From an uncultured delta proteobacterium (GTDB lineage: Bacteria > Desulfobacterota > Desulfuromonadia > Desulfuromonadales > JACZKF01): a stretch of DNA of 64,000 nucleotides. Shown piece by piece: positions 1-9,728 of this stretch (the stretch's first letter is position 1; the number at the start of each line of letters is the position of its first letter). The notes below the pieces were generated by a model, which saw only the letters and a list, made by a program, of their open reading frames with translations, did no database searches and was not told the origin of the DNA. The stretch lies in the NCBI GenBank assembly GCA_963816395.1, contig CAWFKQ010000007.1, forward strand, positions 320,001-384,000, in the 5' to 3' direction. The position numbers and the translations under genes are program-made.

Positions 1-152
1 CTGCCTTTCATGAACTGCAGAACGCGAACCCGGAAGCCGTGCCCGGCGGCACGGAAGGCGAGGCCGAGGGAGGCGGTCGTCTTGCCCTTGCCGTTGCCGG
101 TGTATACCTGCACCAAGCCCTGCTTCAATTTTGGCTGCTGCGGTTCCATGGT

Positions 153-932
153 CTACTTCCCCTTGAATTTCGCCTGCCTTTTTTCGACGAATGCCCCCAT
201 CCCCTCCTTCTGGTCCTCAGTGGCGAAGCAGACGGCGAAAGCGTCGCGCTCCATCAGACAGGCGGCGGCCAGATTGACATCGCTGCCGGCATTGATGACT
301 TCCTTGGCCAGGCGCAGGGAGAAGAGGCCGCGGCTGCAGATGGTCTCCAGCAGGGCCAGTGCGTCAGCCCGCAAGGTGTCGGCCGGACAGACCCGATTGA
401 TCAGGCGGATGCGCCAGGCTTCGGCGGCGCCGACCGGCACGGCGGTGAAGAGCAGTTCCTTGGCTTTCGATTTACCGACCAGGCGGGGGAGGCGCTGGGT
501 GCCGCCGAAGCCGGGAATCAGCCCGTACTCGATCTCCTTGAAGCCGAACGTCGCATCCTCCCCGGCGAGAATGAAGTCGCAGGCCAGGGCAAGTTCGAGC
601 CCGGCCCCCAGGCAGAAGCCGGAAACCGCGGCCAGCAGCGGCTTGCCGAAGCGCTCCATGGCGGCGGTCACCGACTGCCCCAGCTCCGCCAGGCGGGTCG
701 CCGCCAGCGGCGTCAGGTTGCGGATCTCGTTGAGGTCGGCGCCGGCGGCGAAGTTCTGCCCCGCCCCGGTCAGCAGCACCCCCTGCACCTCGGCATCTTC
801 CCGCAGGGTGCCGAAGGCGGCGAGCAGTTCTTCCAGGGTGCGGCTGCCGATGGCATTGAGCACTGTCGGGCGGTTGATTTCGATTATGGCCAGACGGCCG
901 TGACGGGTGATTCCAAGGTGGGCAGCAGGCAT
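153..932 (-). CDS. Enoyl-CoA hydratase/isomerase (crotonase family)
   Basis: 259 aa; motifs FAAGADL, GAGLELALACD, PGFGGTQRLPRLVG, DQKEGMGAFVEKR. Confidence 0.92.
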   Translation of the reverse strand: MPAAHLGITRHGRLAIIEINRPTVLNAIGSRTLEELLAAFGTLREDAEVQGVLLTGAGQNFAAGADLNEIRNLTPLAATRLAELGQSVTAAMERFGKPLLAAVSGFCLGAGLELALACDFILAGEDATFGFKEIEYGLIPGFGGTQRLPRLVGKSKAKELLFTAVPVGAAEAWRIRLINRVCPADTLRADALALLETICSRGLFSLRLAKEVINAGSDVNLAAACLMERDAFAVCFATEDQKEGMGAFVEKRQAKFKGK

Positions 933-1016
933 GCTCGAAGTCCTGGTGGCAAACAGCGGTTCGAAATTTCGGCCGGGATCATTTTAAGTGAAACTAAAAA
1001 GATTTAGCAGGCCGAA

Positions 1017-1045
1017 AATATAGCAACAGCCACCAGGGGTGTCAA
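1017..1045 (-). promoter_or_regulatory. Putative sigma70 promoter for the crotonase gene
   Basis: Minus strand TTGACA-N17-TATATT with extended -10 TG, about 85 nt upstream of the ATG at 932. Confidence 0.55.
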
Positions 1046-1129
1046 GAGAATCGATTTTCATAACGTATTTTGGTGCAGCGGGCAGACCGGCAGGCATTCG
1101 GACGGTCGGGTTCTGCCCGCCAGCCCCGA

Positions 1130-1832
1130 TTATTTCATCTCCCCCTCAATCCCGACCTGCACCGTCTCCAGGGGCACTTTCCGGCCGCTGGCGGTGATTG
1201 CCTGCCGGGCAATCTGGATCAGGCCGGAGCAGCAGGGGACCTCCATGTGCAGAACGGTGAGGCTGCGGATGTCGTTATGCATCAGGATGGCGGTAAGTTT
1301 TTCCAGATAGGCGCGGCCGTCGTCGAGTTTCGGGCAGCCGATGAGCAGCGCTCTTCCCTGGAGGAAGTCGCGGTGGAAGTCGGCATGGGCGAAAGCCACG
1401 CAATCGGCCGACAGGAGCAGGTCGGCCTGGTGCAGGAAGTGCGCGGTCGGCGACACCAGGCGCATCTGCACCGGCCACTGGCGCAGGGCGGCGGCGCGGC
1501 GACCGGCTCCGTTGCGGCAGGCAGCGGCCGGCCGGTCCGGGGAAGCCACCCGGGCTGACGGGCAGCTGGCGGCGGCGGGAGGCGGAGCGGCGGAACCGTG
1601 CAGGTGCTCCTCCACTGCCTCTTCGTCGAAACGATCCGGCGTCTCGCTTCTCAATGATGATGGCATCCTGCGGGCAATGCCCCAGGCAAGCCCCCAGGCC
1701 GTCACAGAGATTATCGGCGAGCAACTTCGCCTTGCCGTCAATGATCCGGATCGCCCCTTCAGCGCAGGCCGGAACGCAAACGCCGCAGCCATCGCACTTT
1801 TCCTCGTCAATCTTCACGATCTCGCGAATCAT
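1130..1832 (-). CDS. 4Fe-4S dicluster ferredoxin-domain iron-sulfur protein (one frameshift near 1640)
   Basis: N-terminus CDGCGVCVPAC...CDGLGACLGHCP in ORF 1275..1832; C-terminus WPVQMRLV..ADCVAFA..IGCPKLDD..MEVPCC in ORF 1130..1810. Confidence 0.85.
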
Positions 1833-1855
1833 TCTGAATTCCTTTCGGCTAACGG

Positions 1856-1960
1856 AGAGGCTAGAGGCTAGAGGCTAGAGGCTAGAGGCTAGAGGAACTA
1901 CAAACTTGAGATTTGAACCCTGTCTTCGATTTTCACCTCTAGCCCCCTGCCTCTTGCCTA
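1856..1960. repeat. Heptamer tandem repeat (AGAGGCT x5.7) with a degenerate inverted copy after an AT-rich spacer
   Basis: AGAGGCT repeated 1856-1895; CCTCTAGCCCCCTGCCTCTTGCCTA at about 1936-1960. Confidence 0.85.
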
Positions 1961-2332
1961 GAAAAGATAATGCCAAAGTAGGTCGAGCCGGCCCCGCAGG
2001 ATGAGATGACGGCCCGAGAAGCGCATGATCTCCCGTACTTTTTCCCGGTGTCCAGGCCGATAACAGTGGATGCGGCAGTGCTTGCAGGTCGGCTTCGGCT
2101 CGAGGGGACAGCGGCGGCGGCGGTTGATCGCATAGGCCAGGAAATCCCGGCATTCAGAGCAATACAGGCGCCGCTCCAGCCCGATCCCCGGCACTTCCGG
2201 ATCGATCGTCAGGGTTTCCTTTTCCCCCGCGTGATGATTCCGGCAGAAGACTGCGGTGAAGATGGCCAGGACCTTGAGGTCCCGGCGTTCCCCGGCAGTC
2301 AGCAAGGATGAAAGTTGACCGGTTGTTTTCAT
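1958..2332 (-). CDS. YgbA-like 'nitrous oxide-stimulated promoter' family Cys-rich protein
   Basis: FCRNHH..CSECRDFLAYA..RCPLEPKPTCKHCRIHCY..REIMRFSG; start taken at the internal Met (2332) because the longer ORF overlaps csbD. Confidence 0.82.
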   Translation of the reverse strand: MKTTGQLSSLLTAGERRDLKVLAIFTAVFCRNHHAGEKETLTIDPEVPGIGLERRLYCSECRDFLAYAINRRRRCPLEPKPTCKHCRIHCYRPGHREKVREIMRFSGRHLILRGRLDLLWHYLF

Positions 2333-2364
2333 GTTTGCACTGTAGCCGGTATTTTCATCGTTCT

Positions 2365-2382
2365 CCTTGACGGAAGTCAAGA
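2365..2382. promoter_or_regulatory. Crp/Fnr-family (HcpR-type) binding palindrome
   Basis: ccTTGAC-GGAA-GTCAAga; a -10-like TACAGT lies on the minus strand at 2339-2344. Confidence 0.65.
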
Positions 2383-2489
2383 GCCCGTCAGATCTCCCGG
2401 CCAAAGAAAAATTCTTTATCCGACGGCCGGTTGCGTCCAAAATGACATCTGATATGCTTGTATTAGTAAAACGAAAATGGAGGAAATTT

Positions 2490-2684
2490 ATGAACAAAGA
2501 TGTTTTGAAGGGCCAGTGGAACCAGATGAAAGGCTCCATCAAGAAGAGATGGGGCAAATTAACGGACGACGACATGGACCGGATCGAAGGTGAGCGCGAT
2601 CGTCTGGTCGGCAAGATTCAGGAAAAATACGGCAGTTCGCGTGAACAAGCGGAAAAGGAAGTGGACGAATTCACCACCCACTGA
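2490..2684 (+). CDS. csbD: CsbD/YjbJ family general stress protein
   Basis: MNKDVLKGQWNQMKGSIKKRWGKLTDDDMDRIEGERDRLVGKIQEKYG; GGAGG RBS upstream. Confidence 0.93.
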   Translation: MNKDVLKGQWNQMKGSIKKRWGKLTDDDMDRIEGERDRLVGKIQEKYGSSREQAEKEVDEFTTH

Positions 2685-2710
2685 GCAATCAATATCGATC
2701 CACCATAAAG

Positions 2711-2746
2711 AGGAACTCCCGGCATTATGCCGGGAGTTCCTTTTTT
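2711..2746 (+). terminator. Rho-independent terminator
   Basis: 14-bp stem AGGAACTCCCGGCA/TGCCGGGAGTTCCT followed by a T tract. Confidence 0.85.
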
Positions 2747-2791
2747 AACCGATCACTCGTTCCAGAATCCATCCCCCCTGCCCCTCACCAG

Positions 2792-3250
2792 TTACCTTTT
2801 TTCCGCCTCCGGCGGCTGTTCCTGCCGGTAGGGAGAAATCCCGTAGAACATGTGGATCTTCCGGCTGTACTCCTCATCGGTCAGGTTCGGCGGCGGTTTC
2901 GGTTCCTCGGCGAGTTTCTCCGTGTTGACCGGCAGAGCCATATATTCTCTCCACGGCTGCGCTTTCTGCCGGTGCGACAGCGCTGCCCAGGGCACCATAT
3001 GGGTGGTGCTGCTGCTGCCGCCGCTGGCGACCAGAACATATACCACCCGGCCGGTCTGCATGTTGATCAGGATGTCCCGAATTTTACCGACCGACTTCCC
3101 CTGGCTATCCCGGACTTCCATGCCGACCACCTGATCGAGAGGGCGCAGATGGGCTTGCGGACGGGAATCCTCGGCGAGGACGGAAGCAGCAGACAGTCTC
3201 ACCATTGCGGCAATCAGCAGAACCGTCAAAAACCAACCGTGTTTTCGCAT
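2792..3250 (-). CDS. Secreted PRC-barrel domain protein
   Basis: Signal peptide MRKHGWFLTVLL; VVGMEVRDSQGKSVGKIRDILINMQTGRVVYVLV..VPW. Confidence 0.85.
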   Translation of the reverse strand: MRKHGWFLTVLLIAAMVRLSAASVLAEDSRPQAHLRPLDQVVGMEVRDSQGKSVGKIRDILINMQTGRVVYVLVASGGSSSTTHMVPWAALSHRQKAQPWREYMALPVNTEKLAEEPKPPPNLTDEEYSRKIHMFYGISPYRQEQPPEAEKR

Positions 3251-3323
3251 CGCGTTTCTCCTGCCTGCGCCTAGGCTGATTAATGTAGGGAAAAACGATT
3301 TTCCGGCGCCTCTTTGCGGAGAA

Positions 3324-3351
3324 TTGACAGCTCCTGCCACTAGGCTAAAGT
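3324..3351 (+). promoter_or_regulatory. Putative promoter for the DUF1328 gene
   Basis: TTGACA-N16-TAAAGT. Confidence 0.45.
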
Positions 3352-3410
3352 GAATCTCAGGAAGATCAGAAGTTTACCGCAAAAAATTCCCCGGAAGGAG
3401 GTGACACTAT

Positions 3411-3590
3411 ATGTCCAGCGCTCTTTACTGGGCGGTGGGTTTCTTCATCATCGCCATCATCGCCGCCATTTTCGGCTTCGGCGGCATAGCGGAAGGTGCG
3501 GCGGCAGTCGCGCAGTTCCTGTTCTGGCTGTTCGTCATCCTGTTCCTGATTTCCCTGGTGGTCGGCCTGGTGAGACGCCCACGGGTCTGA
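3411..3590 (+). CDS. DUF1328 (YtjA-like) small membrane protein, 59 aa, absent from the ORF track
   Basis: MSSALYWAVGFFIIAIIAAIFGFGGIAEGAAAVAQFLFWLFVILFLISLVVGLVRRPRV*; RBS AAGGAGGTG upstream. Confidence 0.9.
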   Translation: MSSALYWAVGFFIIAIIAAIFGFGGIAEGAAAVAQFLFWLFVILFLISLVVGLVRRPRV

Positions 3591-3675
3591 CGCCTGCAAC
3601 TTCCCGCGGCGCGGAAGCCGCATCCGCCCCGGAGGTCAGGATGCGGTTTCCTCCGCGGGCAGATTTCTTCCCTCC

Positions 3676-6072
3676 TTATTTTGTACCCTTCCCCCTTTCC
3701 TCCTCGGCCTGGGCAACCCGCCGCATCACAGTGATGACGCTGTCGGGATTGAGGGAGATCGAATCGATGCCGAGTTCCACCAGGAAAGCGGCGAACTCGG
3801 GGTAATCGCTCGGCGCCTGGCCGCAGATGCCGACCTTGGTGCCGGTCTTCTTCGCCGCCGCGAGCAGTTGGCCGATGATCTTCTTCACCGCCGGGTTGCG
3901 CTCATCGAACAATTTCCTGAGAATGCCCGAATCGCGGTCGACGCCCAGGGTCAGCTGGGTCAGATCGTTGGAGCCGATGGAAAAGCCGTCGAAACGCTCA
4001 GCGAATTCTTCCGCCAGCAGGACATTGGAAGGGATCTCCGCCATAACGTAGACCTGCAGGCCGTTTCTGCCCCGTTCCAGACCATATTCCGCCATCACTT
4101 CCAGCACCCGGTCGGCCTCCTCCAGGGTGCGGCAGAAGGGGACCATGACGATCACGTTGTCCAGGCCGATTTCATCCCGCACCCGCCGGAGCGCCCGGCA
4201 TTCCAGGGCGAAGCCGTCCCGGTAACGCTCATTGTAATAGCGGGAGGCGCCGCGGAAACCGAGCATCGGGTTTTCCTCCTCCGGCTCGAACTGCGCCCCG
4301 CCGAGCAGCCCCGCATACTCATTGGTCTTGAAGTCGCTCAGGCGCACGATCACCGGGTAGGGGTGCTGGGCGGCGGCGATTTTGGCGATGCCGCGGGAAA
4401 GGATGTCGACGAAATATTCCGGCTTGTCCGGATACCCCTCGGTCAGCTCCTCGATCCGGTGCTTCGCCTGCTTGTCCTCCAGCTGGTCGAAACGCACCAG
4501 CGCCATCGGGTGGATCTTGATCAGGTTGTTGATGATGAATTCCATGCGCGCCAGGCCGATCCCTTTGCAGGGGAGCCGCCACCAGCGGAAGGCGGCGGCC
4601 GGCTCGGCGACATTCATCATGATGTCGGTGGCGGGTTCCGGAAGATTCTCCAGGTCGATCTCCTTCGCCTCGAATTCGAGGATCCCCTGGTAGACATACC
4701 CTTCGTCCCCCTCGGCGCAGCTGATGGTGATCTCCTGACCGTCCTTGAGCCTTCTGGTGGCATTGCCGGTGCCGACCACGGCGGCGATACCCAGCTCCCG
4801 GCTGACGATGGCGGCGTGCGAGGTACGGCCGCCAAAATCGGTGACGATGCCGGCCGCTTTCTTCATGATCGGCACCCAGTCCGGGTCGGTCATGCCGGTG
4901 ACCAGGATGGTTCCCTCCTCGAAACGGTCGATTTCCTCGGCGCTCTTGATCACCTGCGCCTTGCCGGCGGCAATCGCCTGGCCGATGGCCAGCCCGGAGA
5001 TGATCCGCTCCCCCTTCTCTTTCAGCGCATAACTCCTGAACTGGGCGGCCTCCCGGCGCGACTGCACCGTCTCGGGCCGGGCCTGGACGATGTAAAGTCG
5101 GCCGGTGTCCCCGTCCTTGGCCCATTCCATATCCATCGGCTTGCCGTAATGCCGTTCGATAACGCAGGCCCAGCGGGCGAGTTGCAGGATCTCATCATCC
5201 ATCAGCACGAAGGAATGCCGCTCCTGCCGGGAGGTGCGGACGTTCCGGGTGGCATGGCTGCCACCTTTGCCGTAGATCATCTTCTGCTCCTTGCTCCCCA
5301 TCGCCTTCTCGATGATCGGCTCGAATTTTTCCTGGTCCAGCAAGGGCTTGAAGACCATGTATTCGTCGGGAGTGACCGCCCCCTGGACCACGTTCTCCCC
5401 CAGCCCCCAGGCGGCGTTGATCACCGCCACCCGGGGAAAGCCGGTCTCGGTATCGATGGAAAACATGACGCCGGCGCTCGCCCGGTCGGACCGGACCATC
5501 TTCTGCACCCCGACCGAAAGAGCGACCTTCAAGTGGTCGAATTTGTTGTTGTCGCGGTAACTGATGGCCCGATCGGTGAAGAGGGAGGCATAACAGCGAC
5601 GGCAGGCGTCGAGCAGCTCCTTGTCGCCGTTAACATTGAGAAAGGTCTCCTGCTGGCCGGCGAAGGAGGCCTCGGGCAGGTCCTCGGCGGTGGCACTGCT
5701 GCGTACCGCTACATCGACTTCCTCCGACTTGTGCCGGCGGGACAACTCACGGTACGCCTGACGGATCTCCCCGGCGATCTCCTCCGGCCATTCGCCATCG
5801 GTGAACAGGCGGCGGATCGTCTTGCCGGCCTGCTCCAGTGACTTCCGGCCGCCGTGATAATCGTCGATCAGGGCGCGGATTTTATCCTCCAGGGCGTTCT
5901 TCTCAAGGAATTTCCGGTAGGCTTCGGCCGTAGTGGCGAAACCGTCCGGCACGCGCACCCCTTCCTCCTTGAGGGCTCCGATCATCTCCCCGAGGGAGGC
6001 GTTCTTTCCGCCGACTATCGCCACGTCGTCCTTGCCCAGTTCCTCGAACCAGCGCACCAGTCTATCGGCCAT
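3676..6072 (-). CDS. ppsA: Phosphoenolpyruvate synthase
   Basis: 798 aa; VGGKNASLGEM, RSSATAEDLPEASFAGQQET, GGRTSHAAIVSRELG (phospho-His), FSIGSNDLTQL. Confidence 0.97.
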   Translation of the reverse strand: MADRLVRWFEELGKDDVAIVGGKNASLGEMIGALKEEGVRVPDGFATTAEAYRKFLEKNALEDKIRALIDDYHGGRKSLEQAGKTIRRLFTDGEWPEEIAGEIRQAYRELSRRHKSEEVDVAVRSSATAEDLPEASFAGQQETFLNVNGDKELLDACRRCYASLFTDRAISYRDNNKFDHLKVALSVGVQKMVRSDRASAGVMFSIDTETGFPRVAVINAAWGLGENVVQGAVTPDEYMVFKPLLDQEKFEPIIEKAMGSKEQKMIYGKGGSHATRNVRTSRQERHSFVLMDDEILQLARWACVIERHYGKPMDMEWAKDGDTGRLYIVQARPETVQSRREAAQFRSYALKEKGERIISGLAIGQAIAAGKAQVIKSAEEIDRFEEGTILVTGMTDPDWVPIMKKAAGIVTDFGGRTSHAAIVSRELGIAAVVGTGNATRRLKDGQEITISCAEGDEGYVYQGILEFEAKEIDLENLPEPATDIMMNVAEPAAAFRWWRLPCKGIGLARMEFIINNLIKIHPMALVRFDQLEDKQAKHRIEELTEGYPDKPEYFVDILSRGIAKIAAAQHPYPVIVRLSDFKTNEYAGLLGGAQFEPEEENPMLGFRGASRYYNERYRDGFALECRALRRVRDEIGLDNVIVMVPFCRTLEEADRVLEVMAEYGLERGRNGLQVYVMAEIPSNVLLAEEFAERFDGFSIGSNDLTQLTLGVDRDSGILRKLFDERNPAVKKIIGQLLAAAKKTGTKVGICGQAPSDYPEFAAFLVELGIDSISLNPDSVITVMRRVAQAEEERGKGTK

Positions 6073-6141
6073 CGCACTCTCCTTCCAGGGGGGTCTTAGA
6101 ACAGCTTATCCCGGAGTTCGACAGGAGCAAGGGCCGTCGGC

Positions 6142-7006
6142 TCAGCCGTCCAGGAGACGCGCCAGCCGGTCGAGGAAAATCCGTACCTCCTCCGGGCTCT
6201 CCAAAGCATATTCAGCGCAGGTGGGACGATCCTCATCGCGGACGAGGATGCCGATCCCCCGGCCCCGCAGCGCGCGAAAAGCATCCTCGTCGGTGAGGTC
6301 GTCGCCGAGGTAAAAGGGAAGGATCTCCGGCCGATCGAGTTCCAGCTTCTCCAGCAGGAAAAGGACCGCCCGTCCCTTATCCCAGTCGAAATCGGGACGC
6401 AGCTCGAAAATCATCTTCCCCCCCGTGCGGCGCAGACCGCGGACCTCGGTCAGCACCGCCTCGACCACTGCCGCCACCGCCTGCACCGCCGCTGCCGCCG
6501 CCTCGCGGAAATGAACGGCGACAGCAAAACGCTTTCGTTCCACCCGCACCCCGGCAATGTCGGCCAGACGCTGCCGCAGCAACCCTTCCGCCCGGTCGAG
6601 AGCAGGCAGATAGGCATTCCCCTGGCTGAATTCCAGATGGCGGCCGGCCGGCCCCTCGATATCGAAGCCGTGGCTGCCGGCATAGGCGATCCCTGGCACC
6701 CCGGCCATGTTCTTGACGTCCGGCAGATCGCGGCCGCTCACCACCGCCACCGGGCAGGCGCCCGCCAGGCTCGCTGACCGACCGCCGCATTTCGGGGGAG
6801 ATGCGGGCCTCCTCCGGCCGGCGAACGATGGGCGTCAGCACGCCATCGTAATCGAGAAAGACCGCCGGCCGCCGCCCCGCCAGGCGTTCGGCAATCCCGC
6901 CCAAGCGATCCAGGGCCGAGTCAAGTTCGCTGGACTGACGCTCGCCGGCTTCGGGGGCATTTTCCGCAGACTTCAACGTTCCCTCCCCTGTTGATGGTTT
7001 CTTCAC
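6142..7006 (-). CDS. otsB: Trehalose-6-phosphate phosphatase (frameshift near 6770)
   Basis: HAD motif FLDYDGVLTPIV, VVSGRD, YAGSHG, WDKGRAV, YLGDDLTDEDAF across ORFs 6377..7006 and 6142..6750. Confidence 0.9.
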
Positions 7007-7029
7007 AGTTTAACAAAATGATAAGACGT

Positions 7030-7101
7030 TTTAACGCCCGCTCCAGGTGGCACTCAGCCCAGGACTACCGCTCACGAATCGTCGACGCACAGGCGCTGAG
7101 A
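7030..7101 (+). repeat. Left arm of a TTTAACGC...GCGTTAAA-family palindromic element
   Basis: TTTAACGCCCGCTC...CGCTCAC...GACGCACAGGCGCTGAGA resembles the left arm at 13913 and the reverse complement of 8597-8640. Confidence 0.6.
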
Positions 7102-7318
7102 GAAAACCGGCAACCTGTCTTCTTGAGCGGGGGTAACTCCACGCCATTCCTCTTCTCGCACCTCCTATTGTTGCATTTTCCAAACACTCTGCTAATTTTA
7201 AATTTATTTAATTATATTATCTTATTTATTCAGAGAAGCAGTTCATATCGCTTGTGGTCCCTGCATACGCATAAGGCGTGCAAGGCCTGAGGCCGCTCAA
7301 AAATTCAGGGATCTTATC

Positions 7319-8455
7319 TTGCTGCATTCGCAAATTTTCCTAATCTGCCGACATATCGGGCGCCAGGAAAATCTGCCCGAATTAATACGAAGGATAGCGA
7401 AGAGTCTGTCGACTGCGAAGGGTTTCCGGTGGGAGGTCGTGATTTTTGATGACAACAGCCGCGACGGCACCGCCGAACTCTGTCAGCGGCTTGCTGAGGA
7501 TTATCCGGCCAGGTTGTTGATTCGCGAGAGTGAGCGCGGTTTGTCCAGTGCTGTAGTGCACGGGATGCGGCATGCCCGCGGTGATGTGCTGTGGTTATGG
7601 ATGCAGACCTGTCGCATCCGCCAGAAAAGATACCTGAAATGGTTGCGGCATCTGAAGGACAGATCAAACGAGTTTGTCATAGGAAGCCGCTATGTGGCCG
7701 GCGGCAGAACCGACGAAAGTTGGGGGTTCTTTCGCTGGTTGAATTCGAAAGTCGCCACGTTGATGGCTCGGCCCTTCACCCGAGCCCGCGATCCTATGGC
7801 CGGTTTCTTTGCGATCAGACGGAAAACGCTGATGCGGGCGAACGCGTTGAATCCGATCGGGTACAAGATTGCTCTGGAACTGATCGTCAAATGTCACTGT
7901 GACAACGTCAAGGAAATCCCGATCGAATTCCAGGACCGGCAACGGGGTCAGAGCAAACTGAATTTACGCGAACAGATCAACTATCTCGTCCACATCGTCC
8001 GGCTCTTGGACTACAAGTTCGAGCACCTTACCTGCCCGGTCAAGTTCTGCCTGGTCGGGGCTACCGGAATAGCAGTGGACCTGACCGCGCTTGCCGTATT
8101 TTTGAAGCTTCAATCCATGCCTCTGTTTACATCCCGGTCATTGGCCATATGGCTCGCCATGACTTGGAACTTAATTCTCAACCGTCAGTTAACGTTCAGA
8201 AAAGACCGCGGGCACACCTGGATGAAGTTGTATCCTCTTTTCTGTGCCAGTTGTCTGGGCGTTGCCTTCGCCTCCTGGAGTGTCAGTGTCGGTCTCAGCC
8301 ATGGGACAGCGTTTTTCGGCATGCATCCCTTGCTGGCGGCAGGATGTGGAGTTATCGCCGGCACCGCCCTGAACTACCTCTGCAATCGCCATTTCACCTT
8401 CAGACGAGATGCTGCTGAACCGTCCGGAAATGTCACGAAAAATCTCGACTGCTGA
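7319..8455 (+). CDS. GT2 polyprenol-phosphate glycosyltransferase fused to a GtrA-type domain (compensating frameshifts about 7590-7650; possibly decaying)
   Basis: FDDNSRDGT, RGLSSAVVHG, MDADLSHPPEKIP (alternate frame), IGSRYVAGG, DPMAGFFA, GYKIALEL; C-terminal KFCLVGATGIAVD..N..FTF. Confidence 0.8.
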   Translation: MLHSQIFLICRHIGRQENLPELIRRIAKSLSTAKGFRWEVVIFDDNSRDGTAELCQRLAEDYPARLLIRESERGLSSAVVHGMRHARGDVLWLWMQTCRIRQKRYLKWLRHLKDRSNEFVIGSRYVAGGRTDESWGFFRWLNSKVATLMARPFTRARDPMAGFFAIRRKTLMRANALNPIGYKIALELIVKCHCDNVKEIPIEFQDRQRGQSKLNLREQINYLVHIVRLLDYKFEHLTCPVKFCLVGATGIAVDLTALAVFLKLQSMPLFTSRSLAIWLAMTWNLILNRQLTFRKDRGHTWMKLYPLFCASCLGVAFASWSVSVGLSHGTAFFGMHPLLAAGCGVIAGTALNYLCNRHFTFRRDAAEPSGNVTKNLDC

Positions 8456-8476
8456 CCGGGGCGCTTTCATCTCGCC

Positions 8477-8578
8477 GTGCTTTTCCCGAGATCGCGCTGG
8501 CGCGATGTCCTGCTGACATTGTTTGCCCTGACCCTGTTCCTGCGCGTCGTGGCAATGGTGGTTGTGCCACTAACCCTG
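8477..8578 (+). pseudogene. Possible 5' remnant of a membrane (GT-C/ArnT-like) gene cut off at the repeat arm
   Basis: Hydrophobic RWRDVLLTLFALTLFLRVVAMVVVPLT immediately after GT2-GtrA, running into the repeat. Confidence 0.3.
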
Positions 8579-8596
8579 CTCTTACTTACGGTATTC

Positions 8597-8640
8597 CTCC
8601 GCCTTTGCGCCACTAGTGAGCGAAGCGAACGGGCGTTAAA
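8597..8640 (-). repeat. Right arm of a TTTAACGC...GCGTTAAA-family palindromic element
   Basis: CTCCGCCTTTGCGCCACTAGTGAGCGAAGCGAACGGGCGTTAAA. Confidence 0.65.
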
Positions 8641-8660
8641 TCGGTTTGCTTCGTTTCCGT

Positions 8661-9534
8661 TCATCCCCGCCCGGCCCGCCCCGCCCAGACCACCCCGCCG
8701 ATAATCAGCAGACCGCCGAACACCGATGCGCCAGGTGAACGGTTCATCAAGGGTGAGAATGCCGGTGAGCACGCCGACCAGGGGGATCAAGTTGATCAGG
8801 GAACTGGTGCGGGTGACGCCGAGTACGGGCAGGGCCTGGTTCCAGGCGAGGTAAGCGAGGGCGGAACAGACGATTCCCAGGAAAACCACGCCTAGGCAGG
8901 CCGGGGCTGAGGGGATGGCAAAGGGAAGGAAAGCCGTCTCGGCCAGCGCCGCCGGCAGCAGGGTAACCGCCCCCACCGCCATGATCCGCCAGGTCAGGTA
9001 TGGCCCGGGGTAGCGGCCGGTCAGGCGGTCGGCGACCAGCGTGTAGCCGACCCAGCAGGCAACCGCACCCAGCATCAGCAGATCGCCTTCCAGACTGGCT
9101 CCACCGGCCCCACGACCGAAGATCAGGGCCACCCCGGCCAGCGCCGGCAGCAGCCCGGCGATCACCTTTGCCGCCGGGCGCCGGCGATAGCGCCAGGCCG
9201 CCGCCAGTTCGGTCACCAGAGGGATGGTGGCGACGATCAGAGCCGCATGCGAAGCGGTGGTGCGGGTCAGCCCGAAATTCTCGAAAGCGAAGTAGAAGGT
9301 GACGCCGAACAACCCCAGGGCGAAGACGGCGACGCGGTCCGTCGCGGCAATCCGTATCCGGGTCCGCCGCGCCGCCGGCCAGAGGACCGCCGCCGCCAGG
9401 GCGAAACGCAGGAACGCCAGCGCCATCGGCGGAATCTCCCGCACCGCCGCCCGGGTCACGGCGAAAGAGGCGCCCCACACCAGGATCGCGAAAAGGGCCG
9501 GCAGCAGCCCGGCCCGACAGGAACCCTCCTTCAT
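8661..9534 (-). CDS. DMT/EamA family transporter (frameshift near 8725)
   Basis: ILVWGASF, P..LAFLRF, two EamA repeats; the corrected C-terminus FGGLLIIGGV ends at TGA 8661. Confidence 0.88.
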
Positions 9535-9728
9535 GCTCTACCGCCTTGGCAGAAAGTTGCAAGAGCCGTCATGGGCGTCCATTATATTTTCGTGTCCGCC
9601 GCTTCGCACTATCTTTCCATCGGTCGCCGGGGGAGGGGTTTTCCGTTAAAATTACCGTCAGACAGCCTCCGCGGCAGAAGAGAACCCAGCAGATGCACCA
9701 CCGGGTGCGTCAGAAAAAGGAGAAACTC

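Noticed and set aside
153..932. Recent duplication of the crotonase at 32786
   Set aside because: Shared motifs are family-wide and the proteins are clearly diverged; this is ordinary paralogy
2443..2457. Sigma54 promoter upstream of csbD
   Set aside because: It lacks the invariant GG at -24; an extended -10 (TGaTATGCT) fits better
3868..5841. Long antisense ORFs (also 36258..37754, 54364..55869, 56270..58378, 59032..61404)
   Set aside because: These are shadow ORFs opposite well-supported genes, typical of high-GC codon bias
8467..8660. DMT transporter C-terminal extension
   Set aside because: Frameshift read-through into the repeat arm; the corrected stop is at 8661
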